DNA from: the human T2T-CHM13v2.0 reference genome, Homo sapiens
Direction: 5' to 3' (one strand)
Assembly: GCF_009914755.1 (NCBI RefSeq)
Contig: NC_060940.1
DNA length: 64,000 nucleotides
In this document: piece after piece, positions 36,518-49,867 of the stretch
How the letters are laid out: each line of letters begins with the position of its first letter
Position numbering within the stretch: position 1 is the stretch's first letter
The notes under the pieces: generated by a model
The model's input: the letters and a program-made list of their open reading frames with translations, nothing else
Databases searched by the model: none
Told to the model about the DNA's origin: nothing
Translations under genes and position numbers: made by a program

Positions 36518-36885
36518 CTGCTGTGGTCTGAATAGTTGTCCCCCACCCTGCCAAATTTGTATGTTGAATTCCTAACCCACAAAGTGATGGCATTAGGAGG
36601 CGGGACCTTTGGGAGATGATTAGGTCATGAAGGTTGGAGCCCTCATAGTTGGGATTAGTGCCCTTATAGAAGATGCCCCAGAGAACTAGCCTGTCCCTTC
36701 CACCATGTGGGGACTCAGTGAGAAGATACCACCTATGAGGAAGCAGCTTCTCACCAGACACCGAATTTGCCAGTGGCTTGATCTTGAACTTCCCAGCCTC
36801 CAGAACTGTGAGCAATAAGTTTTTGTTGTTTATAAGCCACCCAGTTTATGGCATTTTGTTACAGCGGCCTGAATGGACTAAGACA
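36518..36885 (+). mobile_element. MLT1A-type LTR
   Basis: tgctgtggtctgaat...gaatggactaagaca. Confidence 0.82.
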
Positions 36886-37221
36886 TCAACTCTGCCCTTT
36901 TTGCACAAAAGCAGCATTATGTAAACAAATGGGTTTGACTGTGTTCCAATAAAACTTTATTTACAAAAACAGGTAGTAGTCCATATTTGACTGGGAGGCT
37001 CTAGTTTGCCCATTCCTGCTATATAAAATATCCTTGTATGTGTATTTTTGTCCATTTGTGCAGAAAATTCTATGGGATCAATTCCTAGAAGTGAAATTGC
37101 TGAGTCATGAGTTATGACATATTTATTTTGAACAGATGCTGTGAACCACCCCAAAATTTGAACCAACTTGCTTTTCCACCAGCGGCACATGAGAGTACGT
37201 GAGACTGAGATTTCCCCCACC

Positions 37222-37521
37222 TTTTTTTTTTTTTTTTGAGACAAGCAAGGTCACTTTGCTACCCAGGCTAGAGCCAGTGCAGTGGCACCATCACTGCAGC
37301 CTTGACTTCCCTGGACTCAGGTGATCCTCCCACCTCAGCCTCCTGAGTAGCTGGGACTACAGGCACACACCACTATGTCTGGCTGATTTTTTGTATTTTT
37401 TAGTAAAGGCAGGGTTTTTCCATGTTGCCCAGACTAGTCTCAGACTCCTGGGCTCAAGCGATCCACCTGCCTCAGCCTCCCAAAGTGCTGGGATTACAGA
37501 TGCGAGCCACCGTGCCCAGTC
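37222..37521 (-). mobile_element. AluJ
   Basis: Reverse Alu. Confidence 0.92.
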
Positions 37522-38624
37522 AGAATTTCCTTTCTTAAAGCCCTTTCACAAAGAAGTAGAACCCATACCCATTTAGAAGGGAAGTTTCTGCATTGTCATT
37601 CTTGAGCTTTGGAGAGGAAGAAGAAGATAGAACATTTTGCCCCCAAAGAAGAAAACTAAATGGGGCCTGAAGTGGTCTCATAATAGTATCTTATTTTAGA
37701 TTTGAGGCTCACAGGGAAGGGGACTCTGGTAACTTGTCCTCATTTGGTGAGATCAAACCTTACACTGCCCACTAAGTGTCATTCCTAAAAGCCTTGAGTG
37801 TTACCTGTTCAATTATTTTTTCAAATGCAGAGAGCTCCTTAGCAATTTCATTTATTAAGCAAAGCTTCCATTCCTATTATTTCTCTTTGTAAGTAATTTG
37901 CACGTAAATGAGGTCCACCTATGCATACTGAGCATGTTACCAAATGTACAAAAAATATACATGGTCCAATTTTTCTCCACAGAGCTGACAGGTACCCATC
38001 CCTCTTGCTGAAGATGACATAGTATTTCACGTAGCCTAGTTTTCCCTAAGTCTTTTTGGCTTTTGGACGATGGATGGAGTTTTTGTTTTTATTTTTCCAT
38101 TTTTCTTTTTTCTCCCTCATTTTCATCATTTGGAATTCGTGGTGTGAAACCCACAGGGGAGAACAGAGGCTCATTAGCATTCAAGCTCTGTTTTTGGCAG
38201 CATATTTTAGTTGCTTTATATGATATTCAGCATCCCTCCTGGGATCTAGCCTGCCTTTGCTCGGCTCACGCTGGGTGAATCTGTGATATTTCCCATTCTG
38301 TAGCCCTTCATTTATAACACAGGCATAGCCTGCTTTCCCATTAGTGAGATGGCATGCCTGGACTACCCACACACAGATCAAGAATTAGGCGGAACTTGGC
38401 CGGGAAGATAAATCAAGTTAACCGTCTCATTAGGCTTGAAAGACACAAATTAAGCTGAAGTTGGGATTAACAGAGAAGCCTTTCAAAGAGACATGCAGCA
38501 CAACAAGGGGTGGAAGAAGTTGCCGTAGCCATTACTCTCAGAAAATTTCCAGCATTTGATGGAACAGAGGAAACATGAAGTCTCTTTTATAAAAGGTCAA
38601 CAGACAGAAATTTAGGCTCAAAAT

Positions 38625-38870
38625 AGCAGTATAACATTTGTTGAGCTCTTACCACCTGCTTGGCACTGTGTGCTGAGAGCTTTACACACATTATTTCATA
38701 GAAATTGCACATTGACCTATGAGAGAAGCACTACTAAAATTCCTGTTTAACTAATAAAGAAACTGAGGCTCAGAGAGGTTACTTCACCTGCCTCAGAGTC
38801 ACAGAGCTTGGTCAAATGATAGAGCCAGGATTCACTCCCAGGATATTTGGTCCCATGGCCCATGGCTTAA
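38625..38870 (-). mobile_element. MIR
   Basis: gaaactgaggctcagagaggtt..agagccaggattcactcccagg. Confidence 0.75.
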
Positions 38871-38872
38871 CC

Positions 38873-39086
38873 TAGTGGTTCCCGTTTGGGATGCATTGGC
38901 CTCCGCAGGGGCCATTTGGCCATGTCCGAAGACATTTGGGGTTGTCACAGCTGTAGAGAGAGCTGCTACCAGCTTCTAGTACGTAGGTACCCGGGATGCT
39001 GCTAAACTTCCTACAGTCCACAGGACAGTTACGGCAAAGGATTATCCCGCCCATAATGTCAACAGTTCCATGATTGAGAAACCCTG
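38873..39086 (+). mobile_element. MER20
   Basis: tagtggttc..gacatttgggttgtcacagct..gggatgctgctaaac..ttgagaaaccctg. Confidence 0.82.
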
Positions 39087-39507
39087 GTTTAATCGCTCAA
39101 CTGGACTACATTGACAGGCTCACTGTTCCACTAGAACTATCCACTTACAGAGCTCTATATGCAGTGTGGTGATGCCGTGGGACATACGTTTAAGGCTGCA
39201 TATTGCAGGCGGTGCAGCTGTCTGGCAGAAGGAACAGCCAATGCCAAGGCTGAGAGGTAAGAATCTGGCTGGCATGGGATGGCAGGAAACCAGGTGCAGC
39301 TGTTGCAGAGACTCACAGGAGGATGAGATGAGGGAGTTGGACTTCTCACCAAGAAAAGGAAAAAGACAGCGTGCCCTAAACGATGACCCCCATGTTTGCA
39401 GTTGACAAATGTGTAGACTAATGGCCTCTTGTCTTCTCCCTGCCTTCCTGTTCTGTTCCCCTCCTTCCTCTTGCCTCCCTCCTGCCCTCAACCCTCTGGC
39501 TCCCTAG

Positions 39508-39704
39508 TTTTCGGCCACAACATGAAGAGCAGCAATGACTTCATCGGGAGGATCGTCATTGGCCAGTACTCTTCAGGCCCCTCTGAGACCAACCACTGGA
39601 GGCGCATGCTCAACACGCACCGCACAGCCGTGGAGCAGTGGCATAGCCTGAGGTCCCGAGCTGAGTGTGACCGCGTGTCTCCTGCCTCCCTGGAGGTGAC
39701 CTGA
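39508..39704 (+). CDS. SYT17: Synaptotagmin-17 last coding exon (C-terminal half of the C2B domain and tail)
   Basis: Long pyrimidine tract ending ccctag|TT at 39507/39508 (phase-1 acceptor). Translation (V)FGHNMKSSNDFIGRIVIGQYSSGPSETNHWRRMLNTHRTAVEQWHSLRSRAECDRVSPASLEVT* has the synaptotagmin C2B 'NDFIG...HW..ML...WHxL' signature and matches the SYT17 C-terminus as I recall it. TGA at 39702-39704. Confidence 0.96.
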
Positions 39705-40565
39705 GGGCTGCAGGGAAGGCAGCTTTCATTTGTTTAAAAAAAAAAAAAAAAAAAGACGGAAAAAAATGTGTCACATACTATTACATCCACACCTGCATAC
39801 ACACTCGCAACATGTCTACACACGTCCACACACACAGACACACAGATACCCCAAATCCTCTCAGAACTGAGAGGAAGCTGACTATTGATCACAAAATGGC
39901 CGCCCTCAGTGAGTGAGGCCTAGGAACTTTCCAGAAGCCCCATCCATAGATCACAAGCTCAGTGGGCTCTGCCGTGGGACTTATTGGCAGTGCCTGCTCT
40001 TGTCAATACTCCTGCCCCAAAATGCACTTTCAACCCTCAGGCCAGAGAAAGGACCTCCCAAAGGGTGCCAAGCTCCATCAAGACTAAATTTACCAAGAGT
40101 TTGGCCAGTGTGTGGGAGATTTGAACACCCCCCACTTCCGAAACACACACCTACTGGGTAACTTCTGAACAGGCTGCTGTTCCCTGGGGTTCTTCAAACC
40201 TGATACCTTTCTCCAAAGGTGTAAGTATCTTTGTCTTCTCCGTAGTAAATGTGATAACTAGATTATGGGCCATTTGGAGAAACCAAATGGCAACCAAAAC
40301 TATTCCAGTGTCAGAAGCCTTTCCTGGCTTAACAGAATTGTTCTTGTGTTAGCTCATCCCAGGGAACGCCCTGTGGGTATGTATGTGTATGTCCTCGTGC
40401 ATGTGCCCTCACAGGTGAACACGTGTGTGCCTATGTGTCCTCTTGGAGAGCATGGCGATGGGCCAGGACCTCAGCCCTGAGCACTGCCTTCTCTCTGCCT
40501 CTCCTGTCCAGTGAGAGTCCAACCAGTGTCCTCCTGTCTGTCAGAGATCCCACTTTGGATAAAAG

Positions 40566-40568
<3 letters not shown>

Positions 40569-40602
<34 letters not shown>
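40569..40602 (+). repeat. (TG)17 microsatellite in the SYT17 3'UTR
   Basis: Direct read. Confidence 0.97.
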
Positions 40603-40607
<5 letters not shown>

Positions 40608-40919
40608 AGGATATGATAGAGCAAAAGTAACATTTTTTGACCGAATCATGGTGATTGTGACCCACGAAAGACATACAAAGACCTGATATATGGATTAAAA
40701 TGGCTATCACACCCCATCCATGATGATCTTCTTCCTTAATCATACTCTGAGGATCTTTCTGTGTTTGTCTGTGAACGAATGTCACGTCTCTCGTGCTAAG
40801 GAATTAGTGTAGTTAGAATAGATCTCTCTCTCTCTCTCCCTTTCCTCTCTCTCTGTTGGATGCTTCTGTATCTTTTTCCACAGCATAATGTCTGGTGTGA
40901 TGGGGAGCTATTTATTGAA

Positions 40920-40925
40920 ATTAAA
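40920..40925 (+). terminator. Probable SYT17 polyadenylation signal (ATTAAA); a second ATTAAA at 40694-40699
   Basis: gaaATTAAAgattatttatttgtgcca followed by the U-rich downstream element ttatctttttcttc. Confidence 0.6.
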
Positions 40926-41008
40926 GATTATTTATTTGTGCCATGCATTCGAGTTATCTTTTTCTTCATGAACACAGGACATAGAAGGTGGGAGGGCATT
41001 GCAGCTAG

Positions 41009-41425
<417 letters not shown>

Positions 41426-41698
41426 TGACTTGAGCAGTGTACTAATGCCAATTATTCCAGTTTTGCTCTTCTATATAAAACTTTTCACTTCCTCAGGGCA
41501 AGATTCACGGCTTATTTAGCATTTTATTGGCCAAGCCCTGCTAAGGGCATGACCCAGGTAACTGCTCCATGGGCTAAAATGGCTTCACCCCTCAGGCTAC
41601 ATTGGGTATTGCAGAGAGAACCTCATGGTGTCTCCCATTCTGGAGTGGAAGTGTTGTGGAGGTCAAGGGGGAGAAACAGGGAGGCTGGGTTAGGTTGA

Positions 41699-42097
41699 TG
41701 TATTCATCCATTTTGCATTGCTGTAAAGGAGTACCTGAAACTGGGTAACTTATAAAGAGGTTTATTTGGCTCATGGTTCTGCAGGCTATACAGGAAGCAC
41801 AGTGCTGGCATCTGTGTGGCTTCTGTTGAGGCCTCAGGAAGCTTACAATCATGGTAGAGGGCAAAGGGTGAACAGGCGTGTCACACGGCAAGAGAGGAAG
41901 TGAGAGAGGAAGAGAAGGAGGTGCCAGGCTCATTTAAACAACCAGCTCTAATAGAGTGAGAACTCACTCATCACCAAGCCGTTCATGAGGGATCCACCCC
42001 CATTACCCAAATACCTTCCACCAGGCCCCACCTCCAACATTGGAGATCACATTTCAACATGAGATCTGGAGGGGGAAACAACATCCAAACCATATCA
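41699..42097 (-). mobile_element. MST-family (ERVL-MaLR) solo LTR
   Basis: tgtattcatccattttgcattgc...aaaccatatca; near TSD gttga/gttaa. Confidence 0.88.
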
Positions 42098-42367
42098 GTT
42101 AAGTTCTCAGAAAAGGAGAAGTGTTTTCCTTCTCTATGAAATGGCTTCATTACTGTGGTTTACAGTAGAAGATAAAAGCATAAAAGAACAAACAAAATGA
42201 GTGAAGACAGGTACATAATAAGCACTTAGAACTAGAGGTGGAGTCATTGGTGATGAGGCCCAAGGGCTTTGGGCCCAAGAAACCATAGTTCAAATCCCAG
42301 GACCACCACTCCTTAACTGTGTACTGGGGCACAAACCACGTAAGTCTTCTAAGCCTCAATTTCCTCG

Positions 42368-42805
42368 TTGTCTTAGGGTGCCTCAAAAACAGACCTTGAC
42401 ATGAGGACTTGGGTGCAGACGACCCCAGAAAGCATAAGTGAAGAATAAGGGGAAGGAGAAAAGCAAAAGTCTTCATGAATTAGTACTGTGAGCTCAGTCA
42501 TACTGAGGACCCCTGTAGAAAACACTAAAGAATTATCATTATGCAGAAGCTGGAGTATTTAATTACTGACGCTTGTCCCTCCTCATGGCTTGAGGGCTGC
42601 CCTGAAAGCATTAAATGTTTGGCACTTCAGAATTGTCCAGTGTGGTCTGTATAAGCTCCCATAACACCAGAGAAATCTCTGGGCAGAGGAAGAGGCACAT
42701 GTGCTTGATGAGGTCAGCTGTGTATGTGCACAACACAGCTCCCTATAGCCACAGGGGAGCCAGGTGGACTGAGGGATATGAGGCAGGGCATCCCCAGCAT
42801 TAGAC
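42368..42805. mobile_element. Old ERVL LTR fragment (LTR33/40/41-like)
   Basis: tgtcttaggg..cagaccttgacatgaggacttgggtgcag...gagggatatgaggcagggcatc. Confidence 0.45.
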
Positions 42806-42937
42806 ACCTTCATTAGTAATAACAAGAGGGCTGACTAGCACCACACGAGGTGCCAAACATCACATTTAAGCCTCATGCAGCAACCTTCAGGGGTGTAGAA
42901 GAGATGTTAATCTCCTTTTACAAATGGGGAGGCCAAG

Positions 42938-43216
42938 ATTTTTTTTTTTTTTTTTTTTGAGGCAAAAAATTGCTCCGTCTCCCAGGTTGGAGTGCAGTGG
43001 TGGTATCACGGCTCACAGCACTGGGCTCAAGCAATCCTCCCACCTCAGCCCCCCAAGTAGCTGGGATCATAGGCCTGGCTAACTTCTTAATTTTTTTGTA
43101 GCGATGAGCTCTCATTATATTGTACAGGCTGGCCTTGAATTGCTGGGCTCAAGTGATCCTTCTGCCTCGGCCTCCCATAAGTGCTGAAATTACAGGCATG
43201 AGCCACTGCGCCCAGC
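42938..43216 (-). mobile_element. AluJ with internal deletions
   Basis: TSD ggaggccaagattt/ggaagtcaagattt. Confidence 0.88.
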
Positions 43217-43297
43217 TGGAAGTCAAGATTTAATAAGTTTAAGTGTCAGGTAACTGCAATAGAGATAAAAAGCCAGCCCAGGCCCAGCTGCCTACCC

Positions 43298-43982
43298 TGT
43301 TATGGGTTGGTGATTTGCTGGAGTCCTAACCTGAGACTGTGGCCTTATTTGGAGAGAGGGTCTTTACAAAGGTGATCAGGTTGAAGTGAGGTCATGAGGT
43401 GAGCCCTCATCTGATATGACTGGAGTCCTTATAAGAAGAGGAAATTTGGCCAGGCACAATGGCTCATGCCTGTAATCCCAGCATTTTGGGAGGCCAAGGC
43501 AGGAAGATCACTTGAGGTCAGGAGTTCGAGACCAGCCTGGCCAACATGGTGAAACCCAACTTTACTAAAAATACAAAAAATTATCCAGGCATGGTGGCAC
43601 ATGCTAGTAATCCCAGCTATTTGGGAGGCTGAGGCAGGAGAATCACTTGAACCCAGGAGGCAAATGTTGCAGTGAGCTGAGATCGTGACAGCCTGGGTAA
43701 CAGAGTGAGACTCCGTCTCAAAAAATAGAAAGAAAAAAGGAGGAAATTTGAATGCAGAGACAGACACAGAGGGAAGAAGATGTGAAGAGACAGGGAGAAG
43801 AAAGCCATCTACAAGCCAAGGAGAGAGGACTGGAACAAATCTCTCATAACCCTCAGAAGGAACCAACCCTGTTGACACCTCAATCTCAGACTTCCAGCCT
43901 CCAGAACTGTGAGACAATGAATTTCTGTTGTTTAAGCCCCAGTCTGTGGCACTTTATTAAGGCAGCCCTAGCAAACTAAGTC
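43298..43982 (+). mobile_element. MLT1B/C-type LTR interrupted by an AluS (43448-43737, +)
   Basis: gtggccttatttggagagagggtcttt...ccagaactgtgagacaat; Alu TSD gaggaaattt. Confidence 0.8.
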
Positions 43983-44040
43983 AGAGCCAGTGTAGCTAAA
44001 CACTCCACTGGGCTGTGTCATCTAAAAATAGGATGACAAT

Positions 44041-44172
44041 TCTTTTTTTTTAAATTTTGAGACAGGATCTCACTATGTTACCCAATCTGGTCTCGAACTC
44101 CTGGGCTCAATCAATCCTCCTGCCTCAGCTCCCCGAGTAGCTGGAACTACAGGCACACACCACCATGTCCGG
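44041..44172 (-). mobile_element. FLAM monomer
   Basis: Single ~130-bp monomer. Confidence 0.8.
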
Positions 44173-45111
44173 AAATAGGGTGACAGTTGTTACCCCTTAG
44201 GGTTGATTAGCTGGGAAAATGCCTGCAGAGAGTTTGTTTGTTTAGTTGTGTTGTTGTTTTGTTGTTGTTGTTGTTGTTTTGCCTGCAAAGTTTTACCATA
44301 ACCCTTGGCACACTGCGTGATGGTGATGAGTGCTAGCACACATCAGGCAGTGTTTGCTGGATGATCAGAGGTAACAGTGGTGGACAGATCAGAGCCTTTC
44401 ACATCTCCAGGAACAGAGCTCGTCAGGAGACGAGAGGGATGTGTTGAAAGGTGAAGGAAGGACTGAGTTTCTGTAGAAACCTGTGCCCAAGGTGCCCTGT
44501 TGTGGGCTGCCCACTCGTTTAAATTGGCATCCTCCTCCTCTTCAGGTAGGAGGTGGGAAAGGAGATACACAGGCCACTTAAACACCCTCTTTGGAATGGG
44601 AACTTGAGTTCAAAGGAAAAAAGCTGGGTTGGGGATTTTTAAACCCGCTTCTACTTTCCCAGGACCATCCAAGAGTCCGCTCATCTTCTTGGGTGAAGCA
44701 ACATCCCCCTTTCCCTCCTTGGCAGTGACTCGGAGCTCACGGCTGACTCCAGGCCATCCCAGGATTCCAGCCCACACCTTGGACTTGCAGAAGCTAATGA
44801 CCCCTGCCCAGCTCTGCTCACATAGGATGGGTCCCAGGGCGTCAGGAATAGCTATTTCCTGGGTACTGATATTTCACTCCCAGAAAGCTGGGAATCACTG
44901 CAAGAAAATTCCTTTCCTTTCCTTTCTGGGTGGACTGTCATCCACTGGCAGTGGGATATCTGCCCTTTTTATGATCAAAAATACCATTTAAAAATAACTC
45001 TGGGATGTTTGTAGGTAAAAACTGAAAACTTAGGCCTAGAAAAAAGACTGGATGGCAGTGCCCTACAGGTTGGCAGCAGTGGTCCTTTGGGTCATTCTTT
45101 TACTACCTAAC

Positions 45112-45685
45112 TGTATTAGTCAGGGCTGTCGGAGAGACAGTACCAGTAGGAAATATGGAAGGGGATTTAATTAGGGGGGATTGGCTCACATGATCACAGA
45201 GGCAGAGAAATCTCAGGATAGGCCAACTGCAAGCTGGAGAACTGGAGAACTGGGAGCGTGGCTCAAAGCTGGGAGTGTGGCTCAGTCCAAATCCAAAGCC
45301 TCATAACCAGGGAAACCAACAGTGCAGTCCCCAGTTAGACCCAAGAGGCCCCTGAAGGATGCTGGTGCAAGTCCCGGAGTCCAAAAACCGAAGAACCTGG
45401 AGTCTAATGTTCCTTTAAAGGCAAAAAGAGGGAAAGTGTCCCACTCTGGAAAGGAGAGAGAGATCAAAAAGGGCCAATCCCCTTTCTGCCCTTTTGTTCC
45501 AGCCAGACCACCAGCCAACTGGATGGCATCCACCACACTGAAGGTGTCTCCCTCTCTCAGACCACTGACTCACACATCAATCTCCTCTGTAAACGACCCC
45601 CCAAGACATGCCCAGAAACAAGGCTTCCCCAGCTGTCTAGGAATCCTCAATCCAGTCAAGATGACACCTAAAATTAACCATCATA
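45112..45685 (-). mobile_element. MLT2-type 3' LTR of HERV-L
   Basis: tgtattagtcaggg...acacctaaaattaaccatcata; colinear with 53658-54222. Confidence 0.9.
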
Positions 45686-45862
45686 AGCCTACCCCTTGTC
45701 AACCTGGTACTCCTGCATGTCTCCTTAAACCATACTTAATCTCCACATAAAGACAATTACAAGGTCATAATTCCACATGACATGATACAGCTATCCAAAG
45801 TACAACCAAAATGTGTGAACCCCGTCCCCAGAAGAGGAGGTAAAGTTCTTGAGTGATGTTTA

Positions 45863-46248
<386 letters not shown>

Positions 46249-46516
46249 AGTTGATAAATCTTATGTTACATGATAAAAGAATAAGGCAGAAGAGAAAACA
46301 AAGATATTTGCTTAATATATGTATATATATGCACAAGGGATTGAGAGATGCCCTGTATATATAATGGTTTCTTAACCAAGTAGGGAGAAAAAGGCTCATA
46401 TAATTATAATCATCATTTCTGTAACTGGTGCAGGTCATAGTTGATTGTTCATAACTACCTTCTACTACCCAATCTGTATTCCCTTTGCTTTCAGCAAACA
46501 CCTCAGCTGGTCATGA

Positions 46517-46664
46517 TTTTTTTGTTTTTGTTTTTGTTTTGTTTTTATAGAGACAGGGTCTCCCTGTGTTGCCCAGGCTGGTCTTGAACTCCTAGACTCA
46601 AGCAATCCTTCCACCTCAGCCTCCCAAAGTGCTGGGTTATAGGTGTGAGCCACTGCTCTCAGCC
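46517..46664 (-). mobile_element. FLAM / Alu left monomer inside HERV-L
   Basis: Single monomer; TSD-like tcatgatttt/tcatggtttt. Confidence 0.82.
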
Positions 46665-46779
46665 TGCTCATGGTTTTTAATGGAGCAGGGTGACCCAAAC
46701 TTTCATTTCTGAAGGGTCTGGGCCATTCATAGTTCTGCCTAGATTGGGTTATTGTAGTTTCTCATCATCCTTGATTCCA

Positions 46780-47060
46780 AGGCATTAACAAGACACTCTA
46801 TGGGATCCTCCTGTGTGCCAGACATATTTTTCCTTTTCTCCATTGTAGAGTAGTATCCAGTTTCCCCTTGGTAGTCCAGATCAATCACCCTACCCAACAC
46901 CATAACTCCCTTCTTAGCCTGTAGACTCAGAGGCATGAGCAGCCTAAAGTGGCCAGGTGCCAGTCTTAACTTTCAGGTCAATAGAATCACTATTGTGTTT
47001 CCTGGTAGAAGCATTCTTCCCTCTGCAACTAAGATCTCTAGGGCAGCAGAACATAATGTC
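46780..47060 (-). pseudogene. HERV-L dUTPase remnant
   Basis: AKKGVMVLGRVIDLDYQGE resembles dUTPase motif 3 (GVIDxDYxGE); lies 3' of integrase as in ERV-L. Confidence 0.75.
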
Positions 47061-47099
47061 ATGGAACAGGAAGCAAAACAAACAAACAAAAAACTGCTA

Positions 47100-47700
47100 G
47101 TGGGTCAGTAGGAGTAATAGTGAGTGGAGCTACTCCTATGCTCACTCCTTGATTCCTGGACCCGTGAATACTAGCTACCAGAGAAACAACACCATATCTG
47201 ATTCAGAGTATATACAGCCTTCTGGAGAACCTTGCCCCACCCCTATAAAGTATTGTTAACTAGCTGGCTGTGATTTCAAAAGACCATTCCACTGTTCCAT
47301 CAAGCCAGCTGCTTCAGGATGGTAGAGAAGATGGTAAGATCAGTGAATTCCATGAGCATGAGCCCACTGCCACACTTCTTTGGGTGTAAAGTGAGTTCCT
47401 TGGTCAGAAGCAATGTTGTGTGGAATACCATGATGGTGGACAAAGCATTCTGTAAGTCCATGCATGGTAGTTTTGTCAGAAGCATTGCGTGGAAGGAAGG
47501 CAAATCCATATTCAGAGTCAGTGTCTATTCCAATAAGGACAAAATGCTGCCTCTTCGATGATGGAAGTGGTCCAATATAATCAAACTGCCACAAGGTAGT
47601 TAGCTGATCACCCCAAGGAATGATGCCATATTGGGTGCTCAGTGCTGGGTTCTGCTGCTGGCTGATTGAGGACTCAGCAGTGGCCACTGTAGCCAGGTCA
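47100..47700 (-). pseudogene. HERV-L integrase remnant
   Basis: ORF 47340-47687: IIPWGDQLTTLWQFDYIGPLP...GIDTDSEYGFAF...HGIPHNIASDQGTHFT (retroviral rve core); ends at a premature stop. Confidence 0.88.
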
Positions 47701-47849
47701 GCCTTGGTGAGTGGAAGTCCATGTTGCTGAATCCATGTATAACCTCCATCCCTGCCACCATGGCCACTTTGTTCATGAGCCCATTGGGCAACGATGGGGT
47801 GGCTGGGGAAAGAGGCTGCCTGGTATTCACAGAACAGGTCATCCTATTG

Positions 47850-49867
47850 ACGTGATTATTAAAATCCTCCTCTGCTGAGGCCACCCTTTGGTAAGTATTC
47901 AGCTGGGACACAAATACTCTCACATTTTTTGCCCACTCGGAGAGGTCTGTTCACATACCTCATTCCTAAATTTATTTGTTACCAATTTTCCAGTCATGTT
48001 CCTTCCAAGTTCCTGACTATTCAGCCAAACCATTGGCTATAGCCCATGAATAATATATAGTCCCATGTCTGGCCACTTCTCCTTCCAAGCAAAGTGCACA
48101 ACCAGGTGCACTGCCCAAGGTTGTGCCAATTGAGAAGATGTCCCTTCACCGTTATCCATCAGAAATGTCCCAGAAACTGACTGTACTGCTGCAGCTGTCC
48201 ACTTCTGGGTGATGCCTGCATATTATGCAGAAATATCTGTAAACCAGACCCCAATCTTCTCTTTTCTTGTCATCTGATCATAGGGTACTCCCCATGAGCC
48301 CAAAGGTGCAGGCTGGGAGAGAGAAGATAGTGTAGCAGGAGTGGGGAGCATGGGCATCTGGTCCACTTCTTCTTGTAAGGTACTTGTGCCTTCAGGACCT
48401 GCTCAGGCCTGGTCACATACCAGATCACATACATACCTGGTCATACCTGGTCACAAACATACCACTTCCATTTGATGAAGGAGTGCTGCTGTGCATGTCC
48501 AACTTTATGGTTTGGTGGATCAGATAACACCTAATTCATGATGGGCAGCTCTAGTGGCATGAGAGCTTGGTGACCCATAGTCAAGCGTTCAGTTTCTACT
48601 AAGGCCAAGTATCACGCCAAGAGCCATCTCTCAACAGGAGAGGAGTTATCTGCGGATGATGCACGGCCTTGCTCCAAACTCCAAACAGCATCCCCATCTG
48701 CCACTGACACCTTAGGCACCACTAGATCTGCTGGATCATAAGACCCAAGTGGCAGAGCAGCTTTAACAGGAGTCTGGACCTGTTACCAAGCCTTCTCCTG
48801 TTTTGAGCCCCACTTAGAACCAATGGCTTTTTGGGTCACTCAGTGAATGGGCCAGAGTAACACAACCAAATGAGGAATGTGTTGCCTCCAAAATCCAAAT
48901 AGGCCCACAAGGCATCATGCCTATTTCTTGGTTGTAGAAAAGGCCAAATGCAACAATTTATCCTTTACCTTAGAAGAAGTATCTCAACAGGCCCCTCACC
49001 ACAGGATTCCTAGAAATTTCACTGATGTAGAAGTTCCTTGAATTTTAGTTGAATTTATATTCCACCCACTGTCATACAAATATCTTACCAATAAGTTCAG
49101 AGTGGTCGCTACTTCTCACTATGTCCAATCAGCATAATGTCATCAATGTAATGGACCAATGTAATACTTTGTAAAAGGGAAAGGCAGTCAAAATACCTGC
49201 AAACAAAATTATGATATAGGGCTGGAGAACTGATGTATCCCTGAGGGAGGACAGTAAAGCTATATTGCTGGCCTTGTCAGCTGAAAGCAAACTACAGTGG
49301 ATCCTATGGACGGATATGGTAAAAAATGCATTTGCCAGGTCAATAGTTGCATACTAGGTACCAGGAGATGTGTTAATTTGCTCAAGCAATGAAGCCACAT
49401 CTGGTACAGCAGCTGCAATTGGAGTCACCAGTTGGTTAAGCTTATGATAATCTACTGTCATTCTCCAAGATCCATCTGTCTTCTGCACCAGCCAAATAAG
49501 AGAGTTGAATGGAGATGTGTTCTCCATCCAAACTGAACACAGAATGGAGAATCACCACCCCTGTGTCTTTCAAGTCCTTGATGATGGCACTAATCTCTGC
49601 AATCTCTCCAGGGATGCAATACTGTTTTTGATTTACTATTTTTCTGTATAGAGGCAGCTCAATGGCTTCCATTTGGCCTTTCCATAATAGTCCTCTCTCC
49701 ACAAGTTAGGGGGTCCATGTGGGAATTCTGCCAGCTGCTAAGTATGTCTATTTCAATTAAGCATTCTGGAACTAGGGAATGTTTAATAACCATGGGATGG
49801 GTTCCAGGACCCACTGGACCCACTGTCAGTTGGACCTGAGCTAAAGCTCCACTAATCACCTGACCTC
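47850..49867 (-). pseudogene. HERV-L protease C-terminus / RT / RNase H remnant
   Basis: KIVNQKQYCIPGEIAEISAIIKDLKDTGVV, LPQG and YIDD motifs; multiple stops and frameshifts. Confidence 0.85.

Larger units (their letters stand above)
39705..40945 (+). other. SYT17: SYT17 3'UTR (end approximate)
   Basis: Largely non-repetitive sequence after the stop. ATTAAA at 40920-40925 is followed by U-rich sequence, and interspersed repeats resume at about 41000. Confidence 0.7.

Noticed and set aside
39429-39507. N-terminal 26 aa of the 91-aa ORF
   Set aside because: This is the translated polypyrimidine tract; the real exon starts at 39508.
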